From: Nemertoderma westbladi
Taxonomy: Eukaryota > Animalia > Xenacoelomorpha
Assembly (NCBI GenBank): GCA_032718475.1
Contig: JAUCBJ010000619.1
Coordinates: forward strand, 1 to 47,307
Direction: 5' to 3'
DNA: 47,307 nt
Part shown: positions 11,601 through 25,400 of the stretch, piece after piece
Layout of the letters: every line of letters begins with the position of its first letter
How positions within the stretch are numbered: position 1 is the first letter of the stretch
Notes under the pieces: generated by a model
What the model saw: the letters and a program-made list of their open reading frames with translations, nothing else
Told to the model about the DNA's origin: nothing
Databases searched by the model: none
Made by a program: the position numbers and the translations under genes

Positions 11601-11965
11601 GCTTCAGGAAGAATTAGAAGTGGATCTGGATAAACCGCTTCTGCCATCTTTGCTCCGATCTCGTGTGTCAACTCTACAGTGTCGGAACTACTGGAGTTAT
11701 CGGGCCGCTGAGAAATAGGTTCCCGGTTCGGGCGCTGTTGCTGTTTAACAGCTGCATCTTGGTCCCGCTTGACCTGAGCCCTAGTGCCTATGATAGACCT
11801 ATGGTGCTTTACTAGCCTAGGGTCTGACACTACTACTGTAGGGATGACCTTTCTTACAGTAGGAGGGGACTTGGACTTCGGTCTCAGATTTTCTATACTC
11901 CTATCTGAGTCACAGACTGTTCTTTCTAGGAGACTATCTGACAGTGTTTGCTTTGTGTCAGCCAT
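8534..11965 (-). pseudogene. gag: BEL1 Gag with long N-terminal extension; one in-frame TGA at 11249-11251
   Basis: ORFs 11249-11965 and 8534-11176 share a frame with 24 open codons between them; BEL Gag-type motifs KFNGD..W..F, EKLRFL, RYGN and knuckle CALCDGPHRLSGC. Confidence 0.82.
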
Positions 11966-12099
11966 GTTTTATTTTACAGTTGAATGCCTACTACTATAAC
12001 GACAGTTAAAGCGAGTCTAGTAATTCAGTATCAACTGTAAGCCTAGTAATTAATGACCGATACCGTTACTCTATGTAACGTGATATATATAATATATTA

Positions 12100-12348
12100 A
12101 AATACCGGTATACACTTATAGTATATATATATGTATTATTATAGACTAGGATTAGTCACAGAATACCGGTATATAGTTTCAGCCTAAATTTATAGAAATA
12201 AATATAATAAGCCTACTGTAAATACCGGTATACACCTATAATATATATAAGTATTATTATAGACTAGGATTAGTCACAGAATACAGGTATATAATTTCAG
12301 CCTAAATTTATAGAAATAAATATAATAAGCCTACCGTAAATACCGGTA
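12100..12348. repeat. Tandem duplication, period ~119 bp (2 copies plus partial)
   Basis: AATACCGGTA at 12101, 12221 and 12339 with matching intervening sequence. Confidence 0.85.
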
Positions 12349-13169
12349 ATGTCAATTATTTTATAATAACTAAATTTCTAAATTTTAGGGTTTATTCCCT
12401 TTTACTTTATTACTGTAATTAAGCAGTAGTTCAACTGATATTAAGACCTAATGGATGTATAACAGGCCTACTATTTTATAAATCGGTTTGAGTTGATTTA
12501 TAATATTTTATATACCCGTACAAGGGTTTTTGACAATATTTGAAATAAATGTTATTATTTCTGGGTAAGGAGTCACTGCACAGAAGCTGAACGCTCTCAG
12601 TGGAGTGCTACTTATTGGACACTAAAACGAATAATTCTACTTTACTAAGTTACTTATCACTACAAATTACTTACAATTACAGTTTGAGATTACAATCTCT
12701 AAATAAACACCAAAAAGTTACACGTACAAATTTTAGGGTAATTTTACAAGAAATCTACAAACCAGCCTAACAAGGAGTTAGAATTTCTGGTTCTTACAAA
12801 TGGACAGGAACTAAGGTATTTGAAAACAATAAAGCAGTAGTAAGTAAATTGCGTTGTCCAGATAAGAAAATACCACTGTCTGACGACTTATAGTCTTGGC
12901 TCTATAAGTACTACGTTATGTACCCGGAGTGTCCTTACCTAGAAGTTAATTACCGCAGCCAACCAGAGCTAACGTGCCTATTAACCACTTTACAACACAA
13001 ATATACTGCCTACACACTAATTACTTTCAGAAAGCACTGTACACTAAACCCTAAATTAGGTACAAGTACTTGTACAACAAATAACCAGCAGTTAAATATA
13101 CTTGAACAGCTAAAAGAACCACGGTATCTGCTGGAGTGACCGGAGCACAAATCACCAGTCTTTACCTAC

Positions 13170-14288
13170 GCCAAGCAGCCCTGATGTAGTACCGGGGTTA
13201 ATTTAACTATTACGGTATGTATAACAAGCACAATTACTGTAGGAATAAACTTGGGGGGTTGATAGTTGCGAATACTCGCATAGACTCTGAATAATAAATA
13301 TTACGCTACCCTTGCAGACTATACAAACAAAATACAGACCAAATGCTGGCAGACTACTGTCAAGCCTAAATAAACTACAGTATATGCAGACTCCGAAATG
13401 GTTAGTTAGTAGGCGTTCTAACTGAGTAGTACGACTTATTCTTTCGGGGGGGATTTACCTTACAACACTGGATGCCCCCACCTTCTTAACTAGTACTTTA
13501 TCGGTCATACTGCAATCGCTTCAGACCTAACAACAGCTAGACAACAATCCGGCCTACAAATTATTTGTACAATTTGAGCAGGCTTACACGCCTTCTGCTC
13601 AATATTACACTTACAGATAAATAAAACTGACAGAAACAGGTAAAATCCCAATAAAAAACCAGGGCGGCCGTCCCTGATTAAATATCAAGACCTACTGGTA
13701 TATAATTATCAAAATCGAATAGCCAAGCAGCCCTGATGTAGTACCGGGGTTAATTTAACTATTACGGTATGTATAACAAGCACAATTACTGTAGGAATAA
13801 ACTTGGGGGGTTGATAGTTGCGAATACTCGCATAGACTCTGAATAATAAATATTACGCTACCCTTGCAGACTATATAAACAAAATACAGACCAAATGCTG
13901 GCAGACTACTGTCAAGCCTAAATAAACTACAGTATATGCAGACTCCGAAATGGTTAGTTAGTAGGCGTTCTAACTGAGTAGTACGACTTATTCTTTCGGG
14001 GGGGGGATTTACCTTACAACACTGGATGCCCCCACCTTCTTAACTAGTACTTTATCGGTCATACACTCTACACACACTGCAATCGCTTCAGACCTAACAA
14101 CAGCTAGACAACAATCCGGCCTACAAATTATTTGTACAATTTGAGCAGGCTTACACGCCTTCTGCTCAATATTACACTTACAGATAAATAAAACTGACAG
14201 AAACAGGTAAAATCCCAATAAAAAACCAGGGCGGCCGTCCCTGATTAAATATCAAGACCTACTGGTATATAATTATCAAAATCGAATA
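13170..14288. repeat. Near-perfect tandem duplication of ~552/567 bp in the BEL1 leader
   Basis: GCCAAGCAGCCCTGATG...AAAATCGAATA at 13170-13721 and 13722-14288; the copies differ mainly by a small indel and G-run length. Confidence 0.93.
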
Positions 14289-14556
14289 ATACTGCTGTAC
14301 CTGTAAGTACCGGTTCGGGTAGTTGGGCAGTTAGGCCTACAGCTTACCGTTCGACCGGTACAATTGACTTTATTGCCTACGGTGCAATAAAGAAACTATA
14401 AAATCTATTATTGTTCACGCTTTCAGACCTTTAGCAGTTTAACCTGCCAATTTTCGTTGTCCTCTTGTTTATAAATCAACTTTAGCCTATAACAATTATT
14501 TAGTGCACATGAAGTTACATTAGCCAAAGCCAGTCTATACGCGATCATTCACGCAC

Positions 14557-15039
14557 TGTTAAGGGAGACTGGATTCGGGTGCTTTGAAAGTTATTGCGGT
14601 GCAGACCTACGGTATTATTCAATTGATCGTTACTATATAATTTCTGACAATATTATTCACTTTCGGGGAAATATTAACAGTTCCTTTAGGATGTGGCGCT
14701 TTAAATATATATAACAGAGTTATGACTTATACTAAACACAACGAGATGGCCACTGAGTTTCGTAAATCGCGCATTCTTTAGGAGATGCTTTGTTATCTGT
14801 CACACTACTTCACACGACTTCACACTACTTCACACTGATCTGCCAACCGTCACTGAATTTGATCATATATAAGGAGGATAGCAACTGACACATGTAGGGA
14901 TTATGAAATAGCATTTAATTCACACAAGACCACTATAATGTAAGTCGCAATTGCTACTGGTAACCGGTACCTCTTACCTTCAGTAATCAAGAAGATTGGG
15001 GGTTTTATGATTATTTATCGGTATTCTCCAAATATAACA
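14557..15039 (-). repeat. Candidate 5' LTR of BEL1
   Basis: TGTTA...TAACA inverted termini upstream of the leader; no second LTR in the window to confirm. Confidence 0.3.
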
Positions 15040-15558
15040 ACATATCCATCAATATACAACAATTAATAGCAGACATTAAACAGAAGTAAAATAATGCGGC
15101 GAACAATCAGTATATGTTACTTATGCAGTGTTTAATGATTCAGTAGGTTCATCAGTCAGGTGACAAGTCAGTGCAGTTTGATAATATATTTACGTTCCTA
15201 TAATCAAAGCCATCTAATGTTTTGGCCAAAGTCTGAAACTTCTACATAAGCACAGAAGAGTTCCAAGCCGGTGTTCTGAGGCTCAGAAAAGGTAAACAAA
15301 GACCGTAATGCATTGCGCGGGTTTCCGTAGGCCCTTGTCCAACATAAAATGAAAATCGCTCTGATTGGCTGAGCAGAACAAAGAGGTTCCACATCTACAG
15401 AAAATCAGCTGACAGATTTCGTCATCTGAGCTCCAGTCTTTTAGAGTATTATGCGCATTGCGGCAAAAGTGACTTGTTATGTCCGCTAAAGCACCTACAC
15501 TGCGCATTGCGGGGAAAAATGACTCTTGTTATGTCCGCAAAAGCTTTTACAAACACAA

Positions 15559-16383
15559 CAGTCCCGTATGGTGACCATTATATCTGGGGGGGGGGGGGGG
15601 GCAGAAGCCAAATCTGGGGGGGGGGGGGGCAAACCCATAACTGGGTTTGGGGGGCATACAGCAAAGTGAGAGTTAATTTCGTACGTAAAGAAAAATCAAC
15701 ATTGTTGAAGAAAGTGTGGGGCGAGCCACGAAGTGGGCGGACCCTTGTCGAACTGGCACTGTTAAGGGAGTGGGCCAATTATAGCAAATAGTTGATGTCG
15801 TTACGATTTTGACATGCCAATAACTTTGTGCCACTACTAATAAATAACTTTATCGGATTTAATTAAACCTGTTGAGTTTAAAATTTGTTAGCTTAAATAT
15901 GACCAAAATTTAAGGTTAAAATTACATAAAAGAAAATTTTAGATATGTATACCAGCACAAGCAACCATCAGCGCCTAGCCTATTACTATTAGGTGCATGC
16001 TGGCTCCCATACTGCAGACAATACTTTAGGTCAACAGCGAACAACCCCTGCCCTGGTAGCCAATGAGAGAACCTAGAGCTTTTGTGTATTTTTAGTAATT
16101 ATATGAACTGCAGGTACACCATAAAATGTATTTCTGGCAGTGGCTCTGGCAGTGCCAGTGCCATTATAATTGGACCAAATGGAGTGGTGGCGGAGTCAGG
16201 TCAGGTCAGTGGGTAGAATTAGTATGTGAATCCAATAATATTGATTACCAACAATATTATTATTAATTAATTTTGAAAACAAGACGAGAGAACAAGACAT
16301 GACTGGTGGGCGGGGGCAGAGAGTCTTGTCTGGGGGGGCAGTGCCCCCAAAGCCCCCCCCCCCCCCCGCACGGAACGGGCCTG
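15559..16383. mobile_element. Non-autonomous hAT-type DNA transposon (MITE), 825 bp
   Basis: Perfect 8-bp TSD AAACACAA (15551-15558, 16384-16391); TIRs CAGTCCCGTATGGTG / CAGGCCCGTTCCGTG (11/15); subterminal G and C runs. Confidence 0.85.
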
Positions 16384-16735
16384 AAACACAATCACCAGAC
16401 TTGAGTTCTTACAGAATTAATTAGTCAGACATTTGCTTGTTGTACTGTGTTGCCACACCCTCCCGGTATCATATCTCAGTTCAATACAATAGATAATCAA
16501 ATACCATATCGAACTAAATAAAATATAGAGGAAATCAATCCATGAAGGGAAAAAGGGGTAGAATAAACAGATACATTGAGCGGCCCTTCGTTGAAGGTAT
16601 ACTAGCGCCATTCCGATCATTGTATCAGACCGGATATTTTGCCTTCAATTTTGTATGGTTTATTAAGTAACAGGAAGAAGTCACAATATATGAAAATTGA
16701 GAGTGAAAGAACATATTTTATCAAATGCGCTAACA

Positions 16736-18094
16736 AACACACCCTACTGCGTAGCAATAGATCTATTCTAACGCCCTGAACCGAGCCAACACGCCCTACT
16801 GCGTAGCAATAGATCTATTCTAACGCCCTGAACCGAGCCAACACGCCCTACTGCGTAGCAATAGATCTATTCTAACGCCCTGAACCGAGCCAACACGCCC
16901 TACTGCGTAGCAGTAGATCTATTCTAACGCCCTGAACCGAGCCAACACGCCCTACTGCGTAGCAATAGATCTATTCTAACGCCCTGAACCGAGCCAACAC
17001 GCCCTACTGCGTAGCAATAGATCTATTCTAACGCCCTGAACCGAGCCAACACGCCCTACTGCGTAGCAATAGATCTATTCTAACGCCCTGAACCGAGCCA
17101 ACACGCCCTACTGCGTAGCAATAGATCTATTCTAACGCCCTGAACCGAGCCAACACGCCCTACTGCGTAGCAATAGATCTATTCTAACGCCCTGAACCGA
17201 GCCAACACGCCCTACTGCGTAGCAATAGATCTGTTCTAACGTCCTGAACCGAGCCAACACGCCCTACTGCGTAGCAATAGATCTATTCTAACGCCCTGAA
17301 CCGAGCCAACACGCCCTACTGCGTAGCAATAGATCTGTTCTAACGTCCTGAACCGAGCCAACACGCCCTACTGCGTAGCAATAGATCTATTCTAACGCCC
17401 TGAACCGAGCCAACACGCCCTACTGCGTAGCAGTAGATCTATTCTAACGCCCTGAACCGAGCCAACACGCCCTACTGCGTAGCAGTAGATCTATTCTAAC
17501 GCCCTGAACCGAGCCAACACGCCCTACTGCGTAGCAATAGATCTATTCTAACGCCCTGAACCGAGCCAACACGCCCTACTGCGTAGCAATAGATCTATTC
17601 TAACGCCCTGAACCGAGCCAACACGCCCTACTGCGTAGCAATAGATATATTCTAACGCCCTGAACCGAGCCAACACGCCCTACTGCGTAGCAGTAGATCT
17701 ATTCTAACGCCCTGAACCGAGCCAACACGCCCTACTGCGTAGCAATAGATCTATTCTAACGCCCTGAACCGAGCCAACACGCCCTACTGCGTAGCAGTAG
17801 ATCTATTCTAACGCCCTGAACCGAGCCAACACGCCCTACTGCGTAGCAATAGATCTATTCTAACGCCCTGAACCGAGCCAACACGCCCTACTGCGTAGCA
17901 ATAGATCTATTCTAACGCCCTGAACCGAGCCAACACGCCCTACTGCTCTGCATTAGATCTATTCTAACGCCCTGAACCGAGCCAACACGCCCTACTGCGT
18001 AGCAATAGATCTATTCTAACGCTCTGAACCGAGCCAACACGCCCTACTGCGTAGCAATAGATCTATTCTAACGTGCTGAACCGAGCCAACACGC
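16736..18094. repeat. 52-bp tandem repeat, ~26 units
   Basis: Unit AACACGCCCTACTGCGTAGCAATAGATCTATTCTAACGCCCTGAACCGAGCC with few variants. Confidence 0.97.
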
Positions 18095-19457
18095 ATGTAT
18101 TTTTTGTAAAAACTCGAGGAAACGGTCGAAATGGCGGGTTTAAGTAAGCCGGGAAGCCAATTTTGAAAATCGGCTGTGATGGGCTGCTACATATTTGATG
18201 TCATTATGCAGTGATCTGATAATTTTTTATCTTGGTTTCTATGGAGAGAGATTTTCGATCGATTCTAATACACATTAAATCTCAATCATTTCACATGTGG
18301 CTTATATCAATTGAAAGTGGAGAGTCTGGCGCGTCTTTTGACACAACAATTAGTTATTAATTCAATTCATAAAGGGGAAGATTGATAATGCTGTTTACAA
18401 TTACAAACTCGGCAGATTGCCTGACCGGTATGTAAACATTCAGCCTATTGCAGTATCTGATTATTGCAGATTTATTACTTCATTAATATACAATGAACAA
18501 CATTACATATTAATTATATATTATTTATTGATACCTGTTCTTTGAAACTCATTTTATTATACATAGGAGGATAAATAACTTAAATACGCGAATGTTACTT
18601 GAAAATAATCACTCTTATTCATCTTATTCAGATCCGTCATCGTCATCTCCGGAAGAAATTTCAAAGAAAACTATAAAGTGAGCGATTTACATGGTTTTCC
18701 CGCGATGTATTCCCCAACGATTTGTAAAGATCAATCAAGATCTCAGTTATACATACTGTACATTACATATATTATACATTACATATACTCTGACAACTAA
18801 CTATATACGGATGTACATCGCGTCCAAATTAATGCCCAAGAGACATCAATTATAAAGTAAAGGTTACCTATGATATGATCTTGCACAATGTGATTGGCTT
18901 GATGCTGAAGTTAACATACTTTATTTCAACCATCTACACGTGACGCTGTAAGTTTGTTGATGTGTAACCATGGAGATTTGGTTAAGAGAACTTCCTATCC
19001 TGAACGTGAATCCTTGGTGGAAAATATGCTGCTGAAACTACAAAATTAGCCAGATGCAGTGCTGTTTGCTATTATTATTACGAATTAAAACCTATTAATA
19101 AACACTTTCCTCAACTCACTGACAAGACTATTACGTACCCAACTTTATTAATCACTGTGTAAATTTCGTAATTCTGTTTTTGCAAGGTAAGTGTTTTTGA
19201 TATTTCGAGTACTTTTCAATAACTTTATTTCTCGCCATATCAGGAAAGTAATAACCCAAACCGACGGCCTCTCTCGCATTAATATCCCTTTAATCAATAA
19301 CTCGTAGCACTAAATACATTGTGCCTAGCAACTGAATCGTCGCAAGTGCAATTACGTATATTAGAACGCACTCGGTTAGGATTTCAATTACCAGGAATTT
19401 ACATTCAGTGGGCGATTGCAGTAGTAGGATTAGGTTTTAAGATTAAAGACGTTGTGT

Positions 19458-22400
19458 CAGATAAATTGGGCGAATAAAGGATTATTTGTAACATTGATAT
19501 CAAACAGATAAATTGGGCGAATAAAGGATTATTTGTAACATTGATATCAAACAGATAAATTGGGCGAATAAAGGATTATTTGTAACATTGATATCATACA
19601 GATAAATTGGGCGAATAAAGGATTATTTGTAACATTGATATCAAACAGATAAATTGGGCGAATAAAGGATTATTTGTAACATTGATATCATACAGATAAA
19701 TTGGGCGAATAAAGGATTATTTGTAACATTGATATCAAACAGATAAATTGGGCGAATAAAGGATTATTTGTAACATTGATATCATACAGATAAATTGGGC
19801 GAATAAAGGATTATTTGTAACATTGATATCATACAGATAAATTGGGCGAATAAAGGATTATTTGTAACATTGATATCATACAGATAAATTGGGCGAATAA
19901 AGGATTATTTGTAACATTGATATCATACAGATAAATTGGGCGAATAAAGGATTATTTGTAACATTGATATCAAACAGATAAATTGGGCGAATAAAGGATT
20001 ATTTGTAACATTGATATCATACAGATAAATTGGGCGAATAAAGGATTATTTGTAACATTGATATCATACAGATAAATTGGGCGAATAAAGGATTATTTGT
20101 AACATTGATATCATACAGATAAATTGGGCGAATAAAGGATTATTTGTAACATTGATATCATACAGATAAATTGGGCGAATAAAGGATTATTTGTAACATT
20201 GATATCATACAGATAAATTGGGCGAATAAAGGATTATTTGTAACATTGATATCATACAGATAAATTGGGCGAATAAAGGATTATTTGTAACATTGATATC
20301 ATACAGATAAATTGGGCGAATAAAGGATTATTTGTAACATTGATATCATACAGATAAATTGGGCGAATAAAGGATTATTTGTAACATTGATATCATACAG
20401 ATAAATTGGGCGAATAAAGGATTATTTGTAACATTGATATCATACAGATAAATTGGGCGAATAAAGGATTATTTGTAACATTGATATCATACAGATAAAT
20501 TGGGCGAATAAAGGATTATTTGTAACATTGATATCATACAGATAAATTGGGCGAATAAAGGATTATTTGTAACATTGATATCATACAGATAAATTGGGCG
20601 AATAAAGGATTATTTGTAACATTGATATCATACAGATAAATTGGGCGAATAAAGGATTATTTGTAACATTGATATCATACAGATAAATTGGGCGAATAAA
20701 GGATTATTTGTAACATTGATATCATACAGATAAATTGGGCGAATAAAGGATTATTTGTAACATTGATATCATACAGATAAATTGGGCGAATAAAGGATTA
20801 TTTGTAACATTGATATCATACAGATAAATTGGGCGAATAAAGGATTATTTGTAACATTGATATCATACAGATAAATTGGGCGAATAAAGGATTATTTGTA
20901 ACATTGATATCATACAGATAAATTGGGCGAATAAAGGATTATTTGTAACATTGATATCATACAGATAAATTGGGCGAATAAAGGATTATTTGTAACATTG
21001 ATATCATACAGATAAATTGGGCGAATAAAGGATTATTTGTAACATTGATATCATACAGATAAATTGGGCGAATAAAGGATTATTTGTAACATTGATATCA
21101 TACAGATAAATTGGGCGAATAAAGGATTATTTGTAACATTGATATCATACAGATAAATTGGCCGAATAAAGGATAATTTGTAACATTGATATCATACAGA
21201 TAAATTGGGCGAATAAGGATAATTTGTAACATTGATATCATACAGATAAATTGGGCGAATAAAGGATTATTTGTAACATTGATATCATACAGATAAATTG
21301 GGCGAATAAAGGATTATTTGTAACATTGATATCATACAGATAAATTGGGCGAATAAGGATAATTTGTAACATTGATATCATACAGATAAATTGGGCGAAT
21401 AAAGGATTATTTGTAACATTGATATCATACAGATAAATTGGGCGAATAAAGGATTATTTGTAACATTGATATCATACAGATAAATTGGGCGAATAAAGGA
21501 TTATTTGTAACATTGATATCATACAGATAAATTGGGCGAATAAAGGATTATTTGTAACATTGATATCATACAGATAAATTGGGCGAATAAAGGATTATTT
21601 GTAAAATAGATATCAAACAGATAAATTGGGCGAATAAAGGATTATTTGTAACATTGATATCATACAGATAAATTGGGCGAATAAAGGATTATTTGTAACA
21701 TTGATATCTTACAGATAAATTGGGCGAATAAAGGATTATTTGTAACATTGATATCATACAGATAAATTGGGCGAATAAAGGATTATTTGTAACATTGATA
21801 TCATACAGATAAATTGGGCGAATAAAGGATTATTTGTAACATTGATATCTTACAGATAAATTGGGCGAATAAAGGATTATTTGTAACATTGATATCATAC
21901 AGATAAATTGGGCGAATAAAGGATTATTTGTAACATTGATATCATACAGATTAATTGGGCGAATAAGGATTATTTGTAACATTGATATCATACAGATAAA
22001 TTGGGCGAATAAAGGATTATTTGTAACATTGATATCATACAGATAAATTGGGCGAATAAAGGATTATTTGTAACATTGATATCATACAGATAAATTGGGC
22101 GAATAAAGGATTATTTGTAACATTGATATCTTACAGATAAATTGGGCGAATAAAGGATTATTTGTAACATTGATATCATACAGATAAATTGGGCGAATAA
22201 ATGATTATTTGTAACATTGATATCATACAGATAAATTGGGCGAATAAAGGATTATTTGTAACATTGATATCATACAGATAAATTGGGCGAATAAAGGATT
22301 ATTTGTAACATTGATATCTTACAGATAAATTGGGCGAATAAAGGATTATTTGTAACATTGATATCATACAGATAAATTGGGCGAATAAAGGATTATTTGT

Positions 22401-25400
22401 AACATTGATATCATACAGATAAATTGGGCGAATAAAGGATTATTTGTAACATTGATATCTTACAGATAAATTGGGCGAATAAAGGATTATTTGTAACATT
22501 GATATCTTACAGATAAATTGGGCGAATAAAGGATTATTTGTAACATTGATATCATACAGATAAATTGGGCGAATAAAGGATTATTTATAACATTGATATC
22601 ATACAGATAAATTGGGCGAATAAAGGATTATTTGTAACATTGATATCATACAGATAAATTGGGCGAATAAAGGATTATTTGTAACATTGATATCATACAG
22701 ATAAATTGGGCGAATAGAAGGATTATTTGTAACATTGATATCATACAGATAAATTGGGCGAATAAAGGATTATTTGTAACATTGATATCTTACAGATAAA
22801 TTGGGCGAATAAAGGATTATTTGAAACATTGATATCATACAGATAAATTGGGCGAATAAAGGATTATTTGTAACATTGATATCATACAGATAAATTGGGC
22901 GAATAAAGGATTATTTGTAACATTGATATCATACAGATAAATTGGGCGAATAAAGGATTATTTGTAACATTGATATCATACAGATAAATTGGGCGAATAA
23001 AGGATTATTTGTAACATTGATATCATACAGATAAATTGGGAGAATAAAGGATTATTTGTAACATTGATATCATACAGATAACTTGGGCGAATAAAGGATT
23101 ATTTGTAACATTGATATCATACAGATAAATTGGGCGAATAAAGGATTATTTGTAACATTGATATCATACAGATAAATTGGGCGAATAAAGGATTATTTGT
23201 AACATTGATATCATACAGATAAATTGGGCGAATAAAGGATTATTTGTAACATTGATATCTTACAGATAAATTGGGCGAATAAAGGATTATTTGTAACATT
23301 GATATCATACAGATAAATTGGGCGAATAAAGGATTATTTGAAACATTGATATCATACAGATAAATTGGGCGAATAAAGGATTATTTGTAACATTGATATC
23401 ATACAGATAAATTGGGCGAATAAAGGATTATTTGTAACATTGATATCTTACAGATAAATTGGGCGAATAAAGGATTATTTGTAACATTGATATCATACAG
23501 ATAAATTGGGCGAATAAAGGATTATTTGTAACATTGATATCATACAGATAAATTGGGCGAATAAAGGATTATTTGTAACATTGATATCATACAGATAAAT
23601 TGGGCGAATAAAGGATTATTTGTAACATTGATATCATACAGATAAATTGGGCGAATAAAGGATTATTTGTAACATTAATATCTTACAGATAAATTGGGCG
23701 AATAAAGGATTATTTGTAACATTGATATCATACAGATAAATTGGGCGAATAAAGGATTACTTGTAAAATTGATATCATACAGATAAATTGGGCGAATAGA
23801 AGGATTATTTGTAACATTGATATCATACAGATAAATTGGGCGAATAAAGGATTATTTGTAACATTGATATCTTACAGATAAATTGGGCGAATAAAGGATT
23901 ATTTGTAACATTGATATCATACAGATAAATTGGGCGAATAAAGGATTATTTGTAACATAGATATCATACAGATAAATTGGGCGAATAAAGGATTATTTGT
24001 AACATTGATATCATACAGATAAATTGGGCGAATAAAGGATTATTTGTAACATTGATATCATACAGATAAATTGGGCGAATAAAGGATTATTTGTAACATT
24101 GATATCATACAGATAAATTGGGAGAATAAAGGATTATTTGTAACATTGATATCATACAGATAAATTGGGCGAATAAAGGATTATTTGTAACATTGATATC
24201 ATACAGATAAATTGGGCGAATAAAGGATTATTTATAACATTGATATCATACAGATAAATTGGGCGAATAAATGATTATTTGTAACATAGATATCATACAG
24301 ATAAATTGGGCGAATAAAGGATCATTTGTAACATTGATATCATACAGATAAATTGGGCGAATAAAGGATTATTTGTAAAATTGATATCATACAGATAAAT
24401 TGGGCGAATAAAGGATTATTTGTAACATTGATATCATACAGATAAATTGGGCGAATAAAGGATTATTTATAACATTGATATCATACAGATAAATTGGGCG
24501 AATAAATGATTATTTGTAAAATTGATATCATACAGATAAATTGGGCGAATAAAGGATTATTTGTAACATTGATATCATACAGATAAATTGGGCGAATAAA
24601 GGATTATTTATAACATTGATATCATACAGATAAATTGGGCGAATAAATGATTATTTGTAAAATTGATATCATACAGATAAATTGGGCGAATAAAGGATTA
24701 TTTGTAACATTGATATCATACAGATAAATTGGGCGAATAAAGGATTATTTGTAACATTGATATCATACAGATAAATTGGGCGAATAAAGGATTATTTATA
24801 ACATTGATATCATACAGATAAATTGGGCGAATAAATGATTATTTGTAAAATTGATATCATACAGATAAATTGGGCGAATAAAGGATTATTTGTAACATTG
24901 ATATCATACAGATAAATTGGGCGAATAAAGGATTATTTATAACATTGATATCATACAGATAAATTGGGCGAATAAATGATTATTTGTAAAATTGATATCA
25001 TACAGATAAATTGGGCGAATAAAGGATTATTTGTAACATTGATATCATACAGATAAATTGGGCGAATAAAGGATTATTTATAACATTGATATCATACAGA
25101 TAAATTGGGCGAATAAATGATTATTTGTAAAATTGATATCATACAGATAAATTGGGCGAATAAAGGATTATTTGTAACATTGATATCATACAGATAAATT
25201 GGGCGAATAAAGGATTATTTGTAACATTGATATCATACAGATAAATTGGGCGAATAAAGGATTATTTGTAACATTGATATCATACAGATAAATTGGGCGA
25301 ATAAAGGATTATTTGTAACATTGATATCATACAGATAAATTGGGCGAATAAAGGATTATTTGTAACATTGATATCATACAGATAAATTGGGCGAATAAAG

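Larger units (their letters stand above)
6189..15039 (-). mobile_element. BEL/Pao LTR retrotransposon 1, decayed; interrupted by the Gypsy element, 3' part outside the window; right boundary uncertain
   Basis: Collinear gag-PR-RT-RH fragments with BEL-type motifs; long AT-rich leader above 11965. Confidence 0.8.

Noticed and set aside
15474-15791. Gly-rich 105-aa ORF and its Pro-rich antisense counterpart
   Set aside because: Produced by the poly-G tracts of the hAT MITE.
18632-18677. Possible 46-bp exon (TTATTCAG...AA|GTGAGC)
   Set aside because: Splice-like signals only; too short to support without transcript data.
16591-19293. Kolobok-like element enclosing the 52-bp array
   Set aside because: Putative TIRs match only about 10/15 and the left TTAA is imperfect; not listed as a feature.
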